This document shows positions 1 to 10,896 of a stretch of 64,000 nucleotides of DNA, in pieces; position 1 is the stretch's first letter, and each line of letters begins with the position of its first letter. The position numbers were made by a program, and so were the translations under genes. The stretch is from contig JBATQE010000037.1 in NCBI GenBank assembly GCA_049291875.1, positions 7,384 to 71,383 on the forward strand, given 5' to 3'. The DNA is from Burkholderiaceae bacterium. GTDB lineage: Bacteria; Pseudomonadota; Gammaproteobacteria; Burkholderiales; Burkholderiaceae. The notes beneath the pieces were generated by a model. It was not told the DNA's origin. It worked only from the letters and a program-made list of their open reading frames with translations, and searched no databases.

Positions 1-744
1 AGTTTTGGCGCACTCGGTCCGGTGGCGGGAACGCTGATTACCTCGGGTATTGCGATTTTTTTGGCTTTGCCGGTGAGTATTGGCATCGCCATGTTCTTGA
101 CCGAATTGGCGCCGGCGTGGCTACGTCGGCCATTGGGCACGGCCATTGAATTGCTCGCAGCGATTCCGTCGATTATTTACGGTATGTGGGGCTTGTTCGT
201 GATTGCGCCGCTGTTCATTAAATACATTCAGCCGTTTTTGGCCGGAACCTTGGGCAAATTGCCGGTGATTGGCGCGCTGTTTTCAGGCACGGCGCTGGGG
301 GTTGGTGTGTTGACCGCGGGTGTGGTGTTGGCGATTATGATTGTGCCGTTCATTACAGCGGTGTTGCGCGATGTATTTAGCCTCGTGCCGTCGATGCTCA
401 AGGAGTCGGCGTATGGTTTGGGTGCGACGACGTGGGAAGTGGTGCGCAATATCGTGATTCCGCATACGAAAATCGGTATGGTCGGCGGCGTGATGCTCGG
501 TCTGGGGCGCGCGCTGGGCGAGACGATGGCGGTGACGTTTGTAATTGGCAACGCACACGGTTTGAACTGGTCATTGTTTGCGCCGGGTAACAGTATTGCT
601 TCCACATTGGCCAATGAGTTTAATGAAGCGAGTTCGGATGAACACCGCTCGGCTTTGTTGGCCTTGGCCTTGGTATTGTTCCTGATCACGACGATTGTGT
701 TGGCGTTTGCGAAATGGTTGATTTCGCGCAACCAGCAGCATTGA
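1..744 (+). CDS. pstC: Phosphate ABC transporter permease PstC (5' end cut by window edge)
   Basis: Frame is open from base 1. Polytopic membrane protein with permease loop '[16 protein letters not shown]'. Directly followed by pstA-pstB-phoU. Confidence 0.9.
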   Translation, partial: SFGALGPVAGTLITSGIAIFLALPVSIGIAMFLTELAPAWLRRPLGTAIELLAAIPSIIYGMWGLFVIAPLFIKYIQPFLAGTLGKLPVIGALFSGTALGVGVLTAGVVLAIMIVPFITAVLRDVFSLVPSMLKESAYGLGATTWEVVRNIVIPHTKIGMVGGVMLGLGRALGETMAVTFVIGNAHGLNWSLFAPGNSIASTLANEFNEASSDEHRSALLALALVLFLITTIVLAFAKWLISRNQQH

Positions 745-759
745 TGGCGGAGAAATAAG

Positions 760-1632
760 ATGAATATTGAACAATTGATGAGTAACCCGCTGTATCGTCG
801 TCGCAAATGGACGAATACTTTAATGCTGTTTTTTGCCGGTGTGGCGATTGTGGTTGGGCTGTTTTGGCTCGCATGGATTATGTGGACCCTGTTTTCCAAA
901 GGTTTGGTGGCTTTGAGTCCGGCGCTGTTTACCCAAATCACGCCGCCTGCGGGTGAGACCGGTGGTGGTTTGGCCAATGCGATTGTCGGCAGTGTGTTGA
1001 TGGTGCTGGTGGCGACTTTGGTGACGACGCCGATCGGGATTTTGGCCGGTACGTATTTGGCTGAATATGGCCGCAACAATCGCTTGACCCGAACGGTGCG
1101 CTTTATCAATGATATTTTGTTGTCTGCGCCGTCGATCGTGGTCGGTATGTTTGTGTTCTTGGTCGCGTATTACGGTTTGGGTTTGCGCCAGAATGCGTAT
1201 TCGGGCTGGGCGGGTGCGTTTGCGTTGGCCATCATCATGTTGCCGGTGGTGGTGCGCACGACGGACGATATGCTCAAACTGGTGCCGAATACTTTGCGTG
1301 AGGCCGCCGTGGCGCTGGGTACGCCGTATTGGAAAATGATTTTTAAAATCGGTTATCGCGCGGCGCGCACGGGGATGTTGACCGGTCTGTTGCTGGGTGT
1401 GGCACGCATTTTCGGCGAAACTGCACCTTTGCTGTTCACCGCATTTGGTAATAATTTCTGGAATACCAATATGGGTAACCGCATGGCGAGCTTGCCGCAG
1501 GTGATTAACCAATTTGGTCTGTCGCCGGATGAGAACTGGAACAATCTGGCGTGGGGCGGTGCGATTTTGATTACTTTGCTGGTGCTGCTGATCAATATCG
1601 TCACGCGCTGGTATTCGTCTCGCTCTGAATAA
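760..1632 (+). CDS. pstA: Phosphate ABC transporter permease PstA
   Basis: 290-aa polytopic ORF with permease loop 'ARIFGETAPLLFTAFG'. Lies between pstC and pstB. Confidence 0.9.
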   Translation: MNIEQLMSNPLYRRRKWTNTLMLFFAGVAIVVGLFWLAWIMWTLFSKGLVALSPALFTQITPPAGETGGGLANAIVGSVLMVLVATLVTTPIGILAGTYLAEYGRNNRLTRTVRFINDILLSAPSIVVGMFVFLVAYYGLGLRQNAYSGWAGAFALAIIMLPVVVRTTDDMLKLVPNTLREAAVALGTPYWKMIFKIGYRAARTGMLTGLLLGVARIFGETAPLLFTAFGNNFWNTNMGNRMASLPQVINQFGLSPDENWNNLAWGGAILITLLVLLINIVTRWYSSRSE

Positions 1633-1665
1633 TTGACATTGAAGCTTTAAACAAGAAGGATAACT

Positions 1666-2454
1666 ATGACCACCACGACTACTGTGAATCTGGCCCATGA
1701 AACGCCGAAAATCGAGATTAGAAATCTGGATTTTTACTACGGTAAATACAAAGCACTGAAAAACATCAATCTGACCATTCCTGAAAAAAAGGTCACGGCG
1801 TTTATCGGCCCGTCGGGCTGCGGTAAATCGACGTTGTTACGCACGCTCAATCGCATGTTTGAGCTGTATCCCGAGCAGCGCGCCGAGGGTGAAATCAATT
1901 TTGATGGCGAAAATATTCTCAAATCAAAGCTGGACATCGCCATTTTGCGTGCGAAAATCGGTATGGTGTTTCAAAAACCAACGCCGTTCCCGATGAGCAT
2001 TTACGAAAACATCGCCTTTGGCGTGCGATTGTTTGAGAAAATGTCCAAAGGCGAAATGGATGAGCGCGTTGAATGGGCCTTGCAAAAAGCCGCGCTGTGG
2101 ACTGAGGTCAAGGATAAATTACACCAAAGCGGTAACGGTCTGTCCGGCGGTCAGCAGCAGCGTTTGTGTATCGCGCGTGCGATTGCGGTCAAACCGGAAG
2201 TGATTTTGTTGGACGAGCCGTGCTCGGCGTTAGACCCGATTTCCACGGCGAAGGTGGAGGAGCTGATCATCGAACTGAAAGAGGATTACACGGTGGTGAT
2301 CGTGACGCACAATATGCAGCAGGCCGCGCGCGTATCGGACTACACCACGTATATGTATTTGGGTGAAATGATTGAGTTCGGCGAGACCCGCCAGATGTTC
2401 ATGAAACCGGCGCGTCAAGAGACCGAAGACTACATCACCGGACGTTTTGGTTAA
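1666..2454 (+). CDS. pstB: Phosphate ABC transporter ATP-binding protein PstB
   Basis: Walker A 'GPSGCGKST', ABC signature 'LSGGQQQRL' and Walker B 'ILLDEP'. RBS-like 'AAGAAGGA' upstream. Confidence 0.95.
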   Translation: MTTTTTVNLAHETPKIEIRNLDFYYGKYKALKNINLTIPEKKVTAFIGPSGCGKSTLLRTLNRMFELYPEQRAEGEINFDGENILKSKLDIAILRAKIGMVFQKPTPFPMSIYENIAFGVRLFEKMSKGEMDERVEWALQKAALWTEVKDKLHQSGNGLSGGQQQRLCIARAIAVKPEVILLDEPCSALDPISTAKVEELIIELKEDYTVVIVTHNMQQAARVSDYTTYMYLGEMIEFGETRQMFMKPARQETEDYITGRFG

Positions 2455-2517
2455 TCCGAGGGTTCGGCTGGATTCGACTGGATACGCGCACACAATTGAG
2501 ATTGAAAAGGAAAAACA

Positions 2518-3210
2518 ATGGTTTTGCATACCTCAAAAAATTATGAAGAAGAGTTGGAAAATCTACGCACACGCGTGATGACGATGGGCGGGCGCGTGGA
2601 AAGCCAAGTGCGCTTGGCCATCCTGTCCTACAGTGAAGAAAACATTCAGTTGGCGCAGCAGGTTTTGGTCACTGAGCGCGAAATCAATCAGGAGCAATTG
2701 GCGACCGACCAAATGTGCTCCGAGGTGATTGCCCGTCGTCAACCGGCGGCGAAAGACTTGCGCCTGTTGCTCGGCGTGATTCGCACGATTTCGGATTTGG
2801 AACGCATTGCCGATCAAGCTGCGAAAATCGCTAAATTGGTCATTCGCAATGAAAATCGAGGCTCTTTGCCGCGTATTCACGGGATTTTTCAAGCGGCTGA
2901 AATGGCGATGACGATGCTGCGCAAGGCTTTGGACGCATTCACCCGCGAAGACGGTCAAGCAGCGCGCGAAGTCATGGGCAGCGATACCGAATTGGATCAA
3001 CAGTACATCGCCAGCATGCGCCAACTGATCACCTATATGATGGAAGACCCGCGTACGATCAGCGCGGCGCTGGATGATTTGTGGGTGGCCAAGGCCGTTG
3101 AGCGCATGGGCGATCATGCCGAGAATATCGCGGAAGTGGCGATCTACATTGCAGAGGGCGAGGACGTGCGTTATAGTCAGGAGCATCCGAATCAGATTGA
3201 TCAGGCGTAA
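2518..3210 (+). CDS. phoU: Phosphate signalling accessory protein PhoU
   Basis: 230 aa with two PhoU-type repeats ('LERIADQAAKIA', 'VERMGDHAENIA'). Sits immediately after pstB. Confidence 0.9.
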   Translation: MVLHTSKNYEEELENLRTRVMTMGGRVESQVRLAILSYSEENIQLAQQVLVTEREINQEQLATDQMCSEVIARRQPAAKDLRLLLGVIRTISDLERIADQAAKIAKLVIRNENRGSLPRIHGIFQAAEMAMTMLRKALDAFTREDGQAAREVMGSDTELDQQYIASMRQLITYMMEDPRTISAALDDLWVAKAVERMGDHAENIAEVAIYIAEGEDVRYSQEHPNQIDQA

Positions 3211-3281
3211 TACGGCGTACGGGGTTTCAAATTTTTTCAAATGTTTGGATAGCTTCAATTGTTAAAAAATAAGGACGAGCG

Positions 3282-3971
3282 GTGAATATTCAGCCTTTGG
3301 CTCTGGTGGTGGAAGACGAAGACGATATTGCGACTTTGCTGGAATTTAGCTTGAGCAAAGCGGGCTTTAGCGTGGAATGGGCGAAAAATTTGCAGGAAGC
3401 CCAAACCTGCGTGAAAAAAATCCTGCCCGATGTGGTCGTGTTGGACTGGATGCTGCCCGACGGCGACGGCGTGACGTGGCTGAACCAGTTGCGTGCGAAT
3501 GAGCGCACCCGATATTTGCCGGTGCTGATGCTCACCGCGCGCGCGCAGGAGGCGGACAAGCTCAAAGGGCTGGAAGGCGGGGCGGATGATTACATCACCA
3601 AGCCATTCAGTCCGAAGGAGCTGCTCGCGCGCATCAATACCGTGCTGCGTCGCGCCGCGCCGCAGCATGTGGAGCAAGTGATTGAGTTTAACGGCTGCCT
3701 GCTCAAGGATGACGACCACACCCTGTCCAAAGGTGATGTCGTTGAAAACATAGGCAATACCGAATACAAATTGCTTAAGTTTTTTGTGACGCATCGCAAT
3801 AAAACTTACAGCCGTGCGCAATTGCTCGATATGGTTTGGGGCGACCATGTGTTCATCGAAGAGCGCACCGTCGATGTGCATATTTTGCGGCTGCGCAAGA
3901 TTTTGCAACGCTTTGGCGTAGAAGAAAGCCTTGAAACCGTGCGTGGAATCGGGTATCGTTGGCAAGAATAA
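3282..3971 (+). CDS. phoB: Phosphate regulon response regulator PhoB (OmpR family)
   Basis: GTG start preceded by 'AAGGACGAG'. Receiver domain ('VVVLDWMLPDGDG', 'ADDYITKPF') plus winged-helix output ('VDVHILRLRK', 'GIGYRW'). Confidence 0.85.
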   Translation: MNIQPLALVVEDEDDIATLLEFSLSKAGFSVEWAKNLQEAQTCVKKILPDVVVLDWMLPDGDGVTWLNQLRANERTRYLPVLMLTARAQEADKLKGLEGGADDYITKPFSPKELLARINTVLRRAAPQHVEQVIEFNGCLLKDDDHTLSKGDVVENIGNTEYKLLKFFVTHRNKTYSRAQLLDMVWGDHVFIEERTVDVHILRLRKILQRFGVEESLETVRGIGYRWQE

Positions 3972-4078
3972 GGCGGGGCTTGTCTGTTTGACTGAGCCTG
4001 CGTCAACAAAACTGCACAAACTGCAAAATCCACGAACCGATTGGTAAAGCGAGCGTTGCTTTGCCTCCTAAATGACTT

Positions 4079-5518
4079 GTGATGTCGAATAATAAAAAGC
4101 TTTTTCCCGATATAAATCTGAATGATTCTGCCGAAGAATCTTACGCGCATACCTATCAGCCCGTTTCCTTTTTGCGTTCAGCGCTCGTTCCGGCGATCAT
4201 TTTGAGTGTGATCGTGGGGGTGATGTCGATTTTTCTGCCATTTTGGGCGGGATTGTTGCTGGTCATTGCTTTTTTGCTGTGGAGTTTGGCCGCGCATTAC
4301 CGCGAATTAAAGCGGTTTGCCTTGTGGTTGTCGTATCCGAAAAGCCAAAACGTACCCTCGGGGCATGGCGTGTGGACTGATATTTTTGCCAAACTCTATG
4401 CGCTGCGGCGTATGGATGAAAAACACGAAGCGCAATTGGCCGAATGGCTGGCGCGTTTTCAAAGCACCATGAGCCATTTGCCCGATGGTGTGGTGTTGAT
4501 GGACAAATTAACCAATTTGGAGTGGACCAATCCGGTGGCGGAAGAGCATTTCCAACTGGATTTACAGCGCGATTTGGGTACACGTCTGGTGCATTTGGTA
4601 CGCGATCCCGAGCTGGTTAAAGCCATTCAGTCGCAGAAATACAATCAACCGTTCAAACTCAGGTATATGGGGCTGTCTTTGGAGCTGCAACTGGTTGATT
4701 TTGAATCGGATCGCATGATTTTGGTCAGCCGCGACATCACCGAAACCGAGCGAGTCGACGCGATGCGACGTGATTTTATTGCCAACGCTTCGCATGAATT
4801 GCGCACGCCGCTCACCGTCATCAGCGGCTTTTTAGAGCATGCGCAGGAGGCACCGGATATGCCTTTGACGCAGCGCATGCAACAGCTTGGCTTGATGCGT
4901 CAACAAGCCGATCGCATGACGGTATTGATTCAGGATATGTTGATGCTGTCGCGCTTGGAATCGGATGTGCATGTGGATGTACAGACGATTGACATGCCGG
5001 CATTGATTAAGCAGCAGCTTCAAAGTGCCGAAATTTTATCGGCTGGGCGCCATACACTGCGCAGTCAGGTTGAGAATCTGAATGTACAAGGCAGCGAACA
5101 GGAAATCGCCAGCGTGGTCGGTAATTTGTTGTCCAATGCGGTGCGCTATACGCCGGAAGGCGGTGAAATATGGCTGGCGTGGGGGCGTAATGCGCAACAG
5201 CAGCCGACCTTGGTGGTCAGTGATACCGGTGTTGGGATCGCTGCCGAATATCTGCCGCGTCTGACCGAGCGCTTCTATCGTGTCAATACCGCGCAGTCGC
5301 GCGCGACCAAGGGCACGGGTTTGGGCTTGGCGATCGTGAAGCATATTTTGATTCGCCATCATGCGCAATTGCGCATCGAGTCGGCGGTGGCGCCGTCGCC
5401 GCATCAAGGCACCACGTTTGTCGCCACATTCCCGATTAAATTTCCGGTTTCAACCGTAGTCAACAGCGCGAATTCTGTCGTTACCGCGGTGAGAAAAGCG
5501 ATTCGTTCGAGTATTTGA
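4079..5518 (+). CDS. phoR: Phosphate regulon sensor histidine kinase PhoR
   Basis: N-terminal TM hairpin, H-box 'ASHELRTPLT', N box 'NLLSNAVRYTP' and G boxes 'DTGVGI' / 'GTGLGLAIVKH'. Follows phoB. Confidence 0.85.
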   Translation: MMSNNKKLFPDINLNDSAEESYAHTYQPVSFLRSALVPAIILSVIVGVMSIFLPFWAGLLLVIAFLLWSLAAHYRELKRFALWLSYPKSQNVPSGHGVWTDIFAKLYALRRMDEKHEAQLAEWLARFQSTMSHLPDGVVLMDKLTNLEWTNPVAEEHFQLDLQRDLGTRLVHLVRDPELVKAIQSQKYNQPFKLRYMGLSLELQLVDFESDRMILVSRDITETERVDAMRRDFIANASHELRTPLTVISGFLEHAQEAPDMPLTQRMQQLGLMRQQADRMTVLIQDMLMLSRLESDVHVDVQTIDMPALIKQQLQSAEILSAGRHTLRSQVENLNVQGSEQEIASVVGNLLSNAVRYTPEGGEIWLAWGRNAQQQPTLVVSDTGVGIAAEYLPRLTERFYRVNTAQSRATKGTGLGLAIVKHILIRHHAQLRIESAVAPSPHQGTTFVATFPIKFPVSTVVNSANSVVTAVRKAIRSSI

Positions 5519-5626
5519 TTGCGGCATATTGAGATTTCAATCCTTGTCGGATGCATCCATTGAATTGGCTTCGATTCTGATGTGTTAATATGCTTGCTCT
5601 GGCGTTTCTTCTCTGCTCATTGAATC

Positions 5627-7240
5627 ATGTCGATCCCTCGCTATCATAAAAAAGTCATTTTTGCGTCCTCTCTGGGTACGGCCTTTGAGTGGTATGACTT
5701 CTATTTGTACGGCACGCTGGCCGGCATTTTGGGACAGCACTTTTTATCAGGCTACAATCCGACCGCTGATTTCATCGTGACGCTGATGCTGTTTGCCGTC
5801 GGCTTTGTGGTACGGCCATTCGGCGCGCTGTTTTTTGGTCGTTTGGGTGACATGGTGGGGCGCAAGCACACGTTTTTGGTCACCATTTTGATCATGGGTT
5901 TGTCCACATTTATCATTGGTTTGTTGCCGACTTATGATGCGATTGGCGTCGCTGCGCCCATTTTGCTGATTGCCCTACGTATGCTTCAGGGGCTGGCACT
6001 GGGCGGTGAATACGGTGGTGCAGCGACTTATGTGGCCGAACATGCGCCGCCCGATCAGCGGGGTCGCTATACGGGATGGATTCAGGTAACGGCGAGTTTG
6101 GGTTTGCTGCTGTCTTTGCTGGTGACCAATGGCGTGCGTTGGCTGATCGGGGAGGAGGCGTTTTTTGCATGGGGTTGGCGCATTCCATTTTTGACCTCGA
6201 TGCTGTTGCTCGGTTTTTCGATTTGGCTGCGCTTGCAATTGGCTGAGTCGCCATTGTTCGTTCAATTAAAGGCCGATGGCTTGGTGACTTCGCAGCCGTT
6301 GAAGGATTCATTCGCTGATGGGGCGAACCTGAAAAAGGTCTTGGCGGTGATGTTCGGCCTGTGTGCGGGACAGGGCGTGATTTGGTACACCAGTCATTTT
6401 TATGCGCTGTTTTTCTTGACGCAGAGTTTGAAATTACCGGCGGAACAGGCGCAGTGGATGATGATCGTCGCGCTGTTTTTGGCTTTGCCCAGCTTTATTT
6501 ATTTTGCCAGTCTGTCCGATCGGATTGGGCGTCGGCCAATCATGATTGCAGGCTGTTTTTTGGCGGCTTTATTATATTTTCCGATGTTCAAGGCTTTGGC
6601 CTTTGTGGTCAATCCGGCTTTGGATCAGGCGCAAAAACATGCGCCGGTAGTGGTGTTGGCCGACCCGGCGCGTTGCTCGTTTCAATTGAATGTGCTCAAT
6701 ACCAATACGCGTAATGTTTATTCGTGTGATATTGCCAAGACATTTTTAACGCAATCCGGCATTGCGTACAGCAATCAATCCGCACCGGCCGGTATGGTGG
6801 CGCAGGTGATGATCGGTAGAGAAGTGGTTGAGGCGTACGAAGGCGGTCAGCTCAATTCACGACAAAATAGTGTGTTGTTTAAGCAAAATATTCAGGCGGC
6901 CTTAAGCCGAGCGGGCTATCCTTTGCAAGCGGATCACACGGCGGTCAGTGAGTTTTGGGTCATATTGATCTTATGGGCGATGATTATCCCCGTGGCGATG
7001 GTTTATGCGCCGATGGTGGCCTTGTTGGTAGAGATTTTTCCGACGCGTATTCGTTATACCTCGATGTCTTTGCCGTATCACATTGGCAATGGCTGGTTTG
7101 GTGGGATTTTGCCCACCGTGGCGTTTGCGATGGTGGCGGCGACGGGTAATGTATTTTTTGGTCTGTGGTATCCGATTGCGGTGGCGATTTTTGCGGGCGT
7201 TTTGGGGTATTGGGTTCGCTTGCCAAAGGCGAGTGAGTGA
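5627..7240 (+). CDS. MFS transporter, metabolite:H+ symporter (MHS/ProP-KgtP-like) family, with a large soluble insertion
   Basis: N-terminal 'FEWYDFYLYG' and 'GRLGDMVGRK' MHS-type motifs. About 12 hydrophobic segments. Roughly 115 non-hydrophobic residues (about nt 6608-6952) interrupt the C-terminal half. Confidence 0.75.
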   Translation: MSIPRYHKKVIFASSLGTAFEWYDFYLYGTLAGILGQHFLSGYNPTADFIVTLMLFAVGFVVRPFGALFFGRLGDMVGRKHTFLVTILIMGLSTFIIGLLPTYDAIGVAAPILLIALRMLQGLALGGEYGGAATYVAEHAPPDQRGRYTGWIQVTASLGLLLSLLVTNGVRWLIGEEAFFAWGWRIPFLTSMLLLGFSIWLRLQLAESPLFVQLKADGLVTSQPLKDSFADGANLKKVLAVMFGLCAGQGVIWYTSHFYALFFLTQSLKLPAEQAQWMMIVALFLALPSFIYFASLSDRIGRRPIMIAGCFLAALLYFPMFKALAFVVNPALDQAQKHAPVVVLADPARCSFQLNVLNTNTRNVYSCDIAKTFLTQSGIAYSNQSAPAGMVAQVMIGREVVEAYEGGQLNSRQNSVLFKQNIQAALSRAGYPLQADHTAVSEFWVILILWAMIIPVAMVYAPMVALLVEIFPTRIRYTSMSLPYHIGNGWFGGILPTVAFAMVAATGNVFFGLWYPIAVAIFAGVLGYWVRLPKASE

Positions 7241-7459
7241 TATGGCTTATAATGGCGGCTTATTTGGATGTGCCTCACTTTATAAGTTTGAGCGCTTGTT
7301 ACGCATTGAAACATGTTTGGGTAAACTTGCTGATAAAATCAGCTCGGTTTCAATTGGATAAGGCTTTAAAAATGCGCCATCATTCCTGTGAAAGGTGTGG
7401 TGGAATTGTTTTTTGAGAAACGATATTCACAGCTTCGGCTGTTTTTTTATGGATGATGT

Positions 7460-8296
7460 ATGGATTGGATTTCAATGTTGCAAGCGGCGATCATGGGGAT
7501 TGTCGAGGGCTTAACTGAGTTTTTGCCGGTATCGAGTACGGGGCATTTGATTTTGACCAGTTCGTTGTTGGGTTTGCAAGGCGAGTTTTGGCATTCGTTT
7601 GATATGGCGATTCAATTTGGCGCAATTATTGCGGTGATTTGGGAGTTTCGCGCACGTATTTTGAAAGTCTTGGGCGGCATGTGGCAAAAAAATCCGGCGG
7701 ATTGGCGCTTTGCGATCAATGTGGTGGTTGCTTGTATTCCGGCGAGTTTTTTGGCTTTGCTGTTTGAGAAGCAAATCAAGGGGTTTTTATTCAATGCCGT
7801 GTCGGTGGCGATTGCCTTGATCGTCGGCGGTTTGATTATTTTGTGGGCTGAACGGCGTCAAACGCCTGAATCCGTGCGGGTGCACAGCATGGATGAGATG
7901 ACGATGCTGGATGCGTTGAAGGTGGGTATTGCGCAAATCGCGGCCTTGATTCCGGGCACGTCGCGCTCCGGTTCAACGATTATCGGTGGTATGTTGTTTG
8001 GTCTGAGCCGTCAGACGGCGACGCAGTTCTCTTTCTTTATGGCGATTCCTATTTTATTCGCTGCGTCGGTTAAGGAGTTGTTTGGGATGCGGGATATGCT
8101 CAATGCGCACCACATTACACTGTTTGCGATCGGCTTTATCTTTTCGTTTATCAGTGCGTTTTTGTGTGTGCGTTGGTTGTTGCGGTTTGTCAGCCATCAT
8201 GATTTCAAAGGTTTTGCCTGGTATCGAATTGTGTTCGGCTTGGTGATTTTGGCGACTTGGGCTTTGGGTTGGGTCAATTGGATACAGGCTGGGTAA
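7460..8296 (+). CDS. uppP: Undecaprenyl-diphosphate phosphatase UppP/BacA
   Basis: Motifs '[16 protein letters not shown]' and '[10 protein letters not shown]'. Polytopic, 278 aa. Confidence 0.9.
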   Translation: MDWISMLQAAIMGIVEGLTEFLPVSSTGHLILTSSLLGLQGEFWHSFDMAIQFGAIIAVIWEFRARILKVLGGMWQKNPADWRFAINVVVACIPASFLALLFEKQIKGFLFNAVSVAIALIVGGLIILWAERRQTPESVRVHSMDEMTMLDALKVGIAQIAALIPGTSRSGSTIIGGMLFGLSRQTATQFSFFMAIPILFAASVKELFGMRDMLNAHHITLFAIGFIFSFISAFLCVRWLLRFVSHHDFKGFAWYRIVFGLVILATWALGWVNWIQAG

Positions 8297-8331
8297 GGGG
8301 GCTTAAATCCATCTCACTTAGGAAAACTCGA

Positions 8332-8700
8332 TTAATTTTGATCGGGTTTTTTTGTGCCGTCTGCAACAATACTCGATGAAAATCTTTGGATGATGTTTTC
8401 ACAGGCCTGTGTGGCAAAAGGACTGGCCCAGATTTCTACGTGCTCAATCTCGGGGAGTAGTTGTGCTAATGACTCAGGGTTCCACAGATGCTGATGGGCT
8501 TTCAGTGGCAAGTGGTCGGTTTCTGAACTGATGAGGACAAAAGCCAAAAAATCTTCATCCATTGCATCCACGCCTTCAATGTCATGTCGCAGAGGTGCCA
8601 TTCGTACAGCGCCTTCAAAAAACGAAAGCTGTTTGCGCAACATTTGCTGAGCTAAATGAACTGCGTATGCTTGAGGTGTTAAGTCATTCAGTGGCATCAT
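8332..8700 (-). CDS. Hypothetical cytoplasmic protein (122 aa), family not recognised
   Basis: Clean ORF with no competing ORF. RBS-like 'AGGAG' upstream (rc of 'GTACTCCTTGC'). Visibly more AT-rich than its neighbours. No motif recognised. Confidence 0.4.
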   Translation of the reverse strand: MMPLNDLTPQAYAVHLAQQMLRKQLSFFEGAVRMAPLRHDIEGVDAMDEDFLAFVLISSETDHLPLKAHQHLWNPESLAQLLPEIEHVEIWASPFATQACENIIQRFSSSIVADGTKKPDQN

Positions 8701-8764
8701 GTGCGTACTCCTTGCACTTTAGATTTGTTCACGGTAAGTGATGATTGTGAATGATGTATTATAG

Positions 8765-8796
8765 AAAAACCCCAACCAAACGGCTGGGGTTTTTTG
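8765..8796 (-). terminator. Rho-independent terminator downstream of actP
   Basis: 'AAAAACCCCAACCAAACGGCTGGGGTTTTTT': 8-bp GC-rich stem with A/T runs on both sides (bidirectional shape), 25 nt past the actP stop. Confidence 0.7.
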
Positions 8797-8821
8797 TACA
8801 ACAAAACGCTAGGATAGAAAA

Positions 8822-10585
8822 TTAGTGACCCGATACACCTGATGCACCGATACCTGTTTCTGAGCGAACTTTCTGAGCAGGGTAGCCAGCGCGGTCAATG
8901 GCCGCACGAGCGCTCTTATCAGTGATCGAGAAGAACCAGATCGCCAAGAATGCCAACACCATAGAGAACAAAGCAGGTGAGGTATACGGGAAGATTTCAG
9001 TTGCATTGTGGAACACGTCAACCCATACGGATTTGGACAATACGGTCAGAACCACCGCAGTGATCAAACCCACATAGCCGCCGATGGTTGCACCGCGCGT
9101 GGTACAGTCTTTCCACAAAACGGACATGAATAATACCGGGAAGTTGGCAGAAGCCGCAATCGCGAACGCCAGTGATACCATGAACGCGATGTTTTGTTTC
9201 TCAAACGCAATACCCAATACCACGGCAACCACACCCAAAACCAAAGTGGTGATACGAGAGATTTTCAACTCAGACGCGCTGTCGGCTTTACCTTTTTTGA
9301 TCACAGTTGCGTACAGGTCATGCGATACGGCAGACGCACCGGATAAGGTCAAACCAGCCACGACCGCCAAGATGGTTGCGAATGCCACGGCAGAGATGAA
9401 GCCCAAGAACACGTTGCCACCGACCGCGTTGGCCAAGTGAATTGCCGCCATGTTACCGCCGCCTTTGAGGGCGCCTTTTGCATCGAGGAATTCAGGATTG
9501 GTCAATACGAAAGTGATCGCACCGAAACCGATGATGAATGTCAGGATGTAGAAGTAGCCGATCCAAGTGGTTGCCCAGAATACCGATTTACGTGCTTCTT
9601 TCGCATTAGGTACGGTGAAGAAACGCATCATGATGTGTGGCAAGCCAGCGGTACCGAACATCAAAGCCATACCGAAAGAGATCGCAGAGATTGGGTCTTT
9701 CACAAAACCACCGGGACCCATGATGGAGAAGCCTTTGGCAGCAGCGGCAGCAGCAGTGGAGGTTGCCAGAGCCGCAGGGTCTGCGCTAGGGTTGGCCTTC
9801 AATGCTTCGGCAATCAATGCTTTTTGTGCCAAAACGGTTTTGATTTCGATGGCTTTGGCAAACATTGCGCCCGGATGGAAGCCAAATTTAGCCAATACCA
9901 TGAAGCCCATGAACGACGCACCGGCGAGCAACAGACACGCTTTGATGATCTGTACCCAAGTAGTTGCCGACATACCGCCGAACAATACATAGATCATCAT
10001 CAATGCGCCGACGATTACGACCGCGTAGATGTATTCCATACCGAACAGCAATTTGATCAATTGACCCGCGCCGACCATTTGTGCAATCAGGTAGAACGCC
10101 ACAACGACCAAAGTAGAAATCGCCGCAAAGGTACGAACCGGTTTTTGCTCGTAGCGATATGCCGCCACGTCAGCAAAGGTGAACTGACCCAAGTTACGCA
10201 GGCGTTCCGCCATCAAGAAGGTAATCACCGGCCAACCGACTAAGAAGCCGATGGAGTAGATCAAACCGTCAAAACCGGTATTCATCACCGCAGCGGAAAT
10301 ACCGAGGAAGGATGCCGCAGACATATAGTCGCCGGCGATTGCCAAACCGTTTTGGAAACCGGTGATACCGCCACCGCCTGTATAAAAGTCTGCTGCTGAT
10401 TTTGTACGACCGGCCGCCCATTTGGTAATGAACATAGTCAAGATCACGAAGCCAACAAACATGCCGATGGCTGTCCAGTTGGTCGCTTGTTTTTCTGCCT
10501 GACCCAAATCAGCACCGGCGGCAAAAGCCACGGAGCCGACTGAAGCCAACAGCAAGCCGATCAATAATTGATTGGTTTTTTTCAT
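8822..10585 (-). CDS. actP: Cation/acetate symporter ActP (SSS family)
   Basis: 587 aa. Long blocks match remembered E. coli ActP ('[25 protein letters not shown]', '[17 protein letters not shown]', '[20 protein letters not shown]'). Start overlaps the upstream DUF485 gene by 4 nt. Confidence 0.9.
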   Translation of the reverse strand: MKKTNQLLIGLLLASVGSVAFAAGADLGQAEKQATNWTAIGMFVGFVILTMFITKWAAGRTKSAADFYTGGGGITGFQNGLAIAGDYMSAASFLGISAAVMNTGFDGLIYSIGFLVGWPVITFLMAERLRNLGQFTFADVAAYRYEQKPVRTFAAISTLVVVAFYLIAQMVGAGQLIKLLFGMEYIYAVVIVGALMMIYVLFGGMSATTWVQIIKACLLLAGASFMGFMVLAKFGFHPGAMFAKAIEIKTVLAQKALIAEALKANPSADPAALATSTAAAAAAKGFSIMGPGGFVKDPISAISFGMALMFGTAGLPHIMMRFFTVPNAKEARKSVFWATTWIGYFYILTFIIGFGAITFVLTNPEFLDAKGALKGGGNMAAIHLANAVGGNVFLGFISAVAFATILAVVAGLTLSGASAVSHDLYATVIKKGKADSASELKISRITTLVLGVVAVVLGIAFEKQNIAFMVSLAFAIAASANFPVLFMSVLWKDCTTRGATIGGYVGLITAVVLTVLSKSVWVDVFHNATEIFPYTSPALFSMVLAFLAIWFFSITDKSARAAIDRAGYPAQKVRSETGIGASGVSGH

Positions 10586-10896
10586 TGTTGTACCTCCTTG
10601 CGTAAAGCTTCGGTCATATCGTCAAATTCAGTATTGGCACGGCGCACATAGATGCCGGTGATGACAATCGTGAACAGCAATACAAAAAGGCCAATCGGCA
10701 AAGCATAGGTAATTACACCTTCACCAATACGTTGGGACATGAAGCCTTTGCCAAACGCGACCAATAAAATAAAACCGTAATACACGATCATCATCAGGGC
10801 GGTTAAAAACCAGCCGTAGGATGAACGTGTTTTGACCAATTTCTGGTACGTTGGCGAGGCATTGACACGCTCGACTAAGTCGTCTTTCATAAACAT
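10582..10896 (-). CDS. yjcH: DUF485 (YjcH-like) inner-membrane protein, ActP partner
   Basis: 104 aa with two TM helices. Translationally coupled to actP by a 4-nt overlap, the classical yjcH-actP arrangement. Confidence 0.8.
   Translation of the reverse strand: MFMKDDLVERVNASPTYQKLVKTRSSYGWFLTALMMIVYYGFILLVAFGKGFMSQRIGEGVITYALPIGLFVLLFTIVITGIYVRRANTEFDDMTEALRKEVQQ

Noticed and set aside
228-1698. Long minus-strand ORFs (293 aa and 292 aa) antisense to pstC/pstA
   Set aside because: They fully overlap strongly recognisable pst genes. Their translations are Arg/His/Pro/Thr-rich low-complexity sequence, typical of antisense frames in moderately GC-rich DNA, and they carry no motifs.
3211-3281. 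Pho box upstream of phoB, also looked for upstream of eptA, aphA and the patatin gene
   Set aside because: I found no tandem 'CTGTCAT'-type 7-mers with 4-bp spacing by eye. The only 'CTGTCAT' overlaps the lldD start codon and is a single copy.
8356-8365. Near-match to the Neisseria DNA uptake sequence ('GCCGTCTGCA' versus 'GCCGTCTGAA'). One other near-match, 'AGGCTGCCTAAA', lies around 18853.
   Set aside because: These are single mismatched occurrences inside coding sequence. None of the terminators is built from DUS pairs, and no DUS dialect recurs in 64 kb. There is therefore no support for an uptake-sequence system in this window.
9437-10243. 268-aa plus-strand ORF antisense to actP, with similar antisense ORFs at 15441-16034, 24784-25443, 31508-32011, 38376-39002 and 55385-56005
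   Set aside because: Each lies opposite a confidently identified gene, and the translations have biased composition without motifs.
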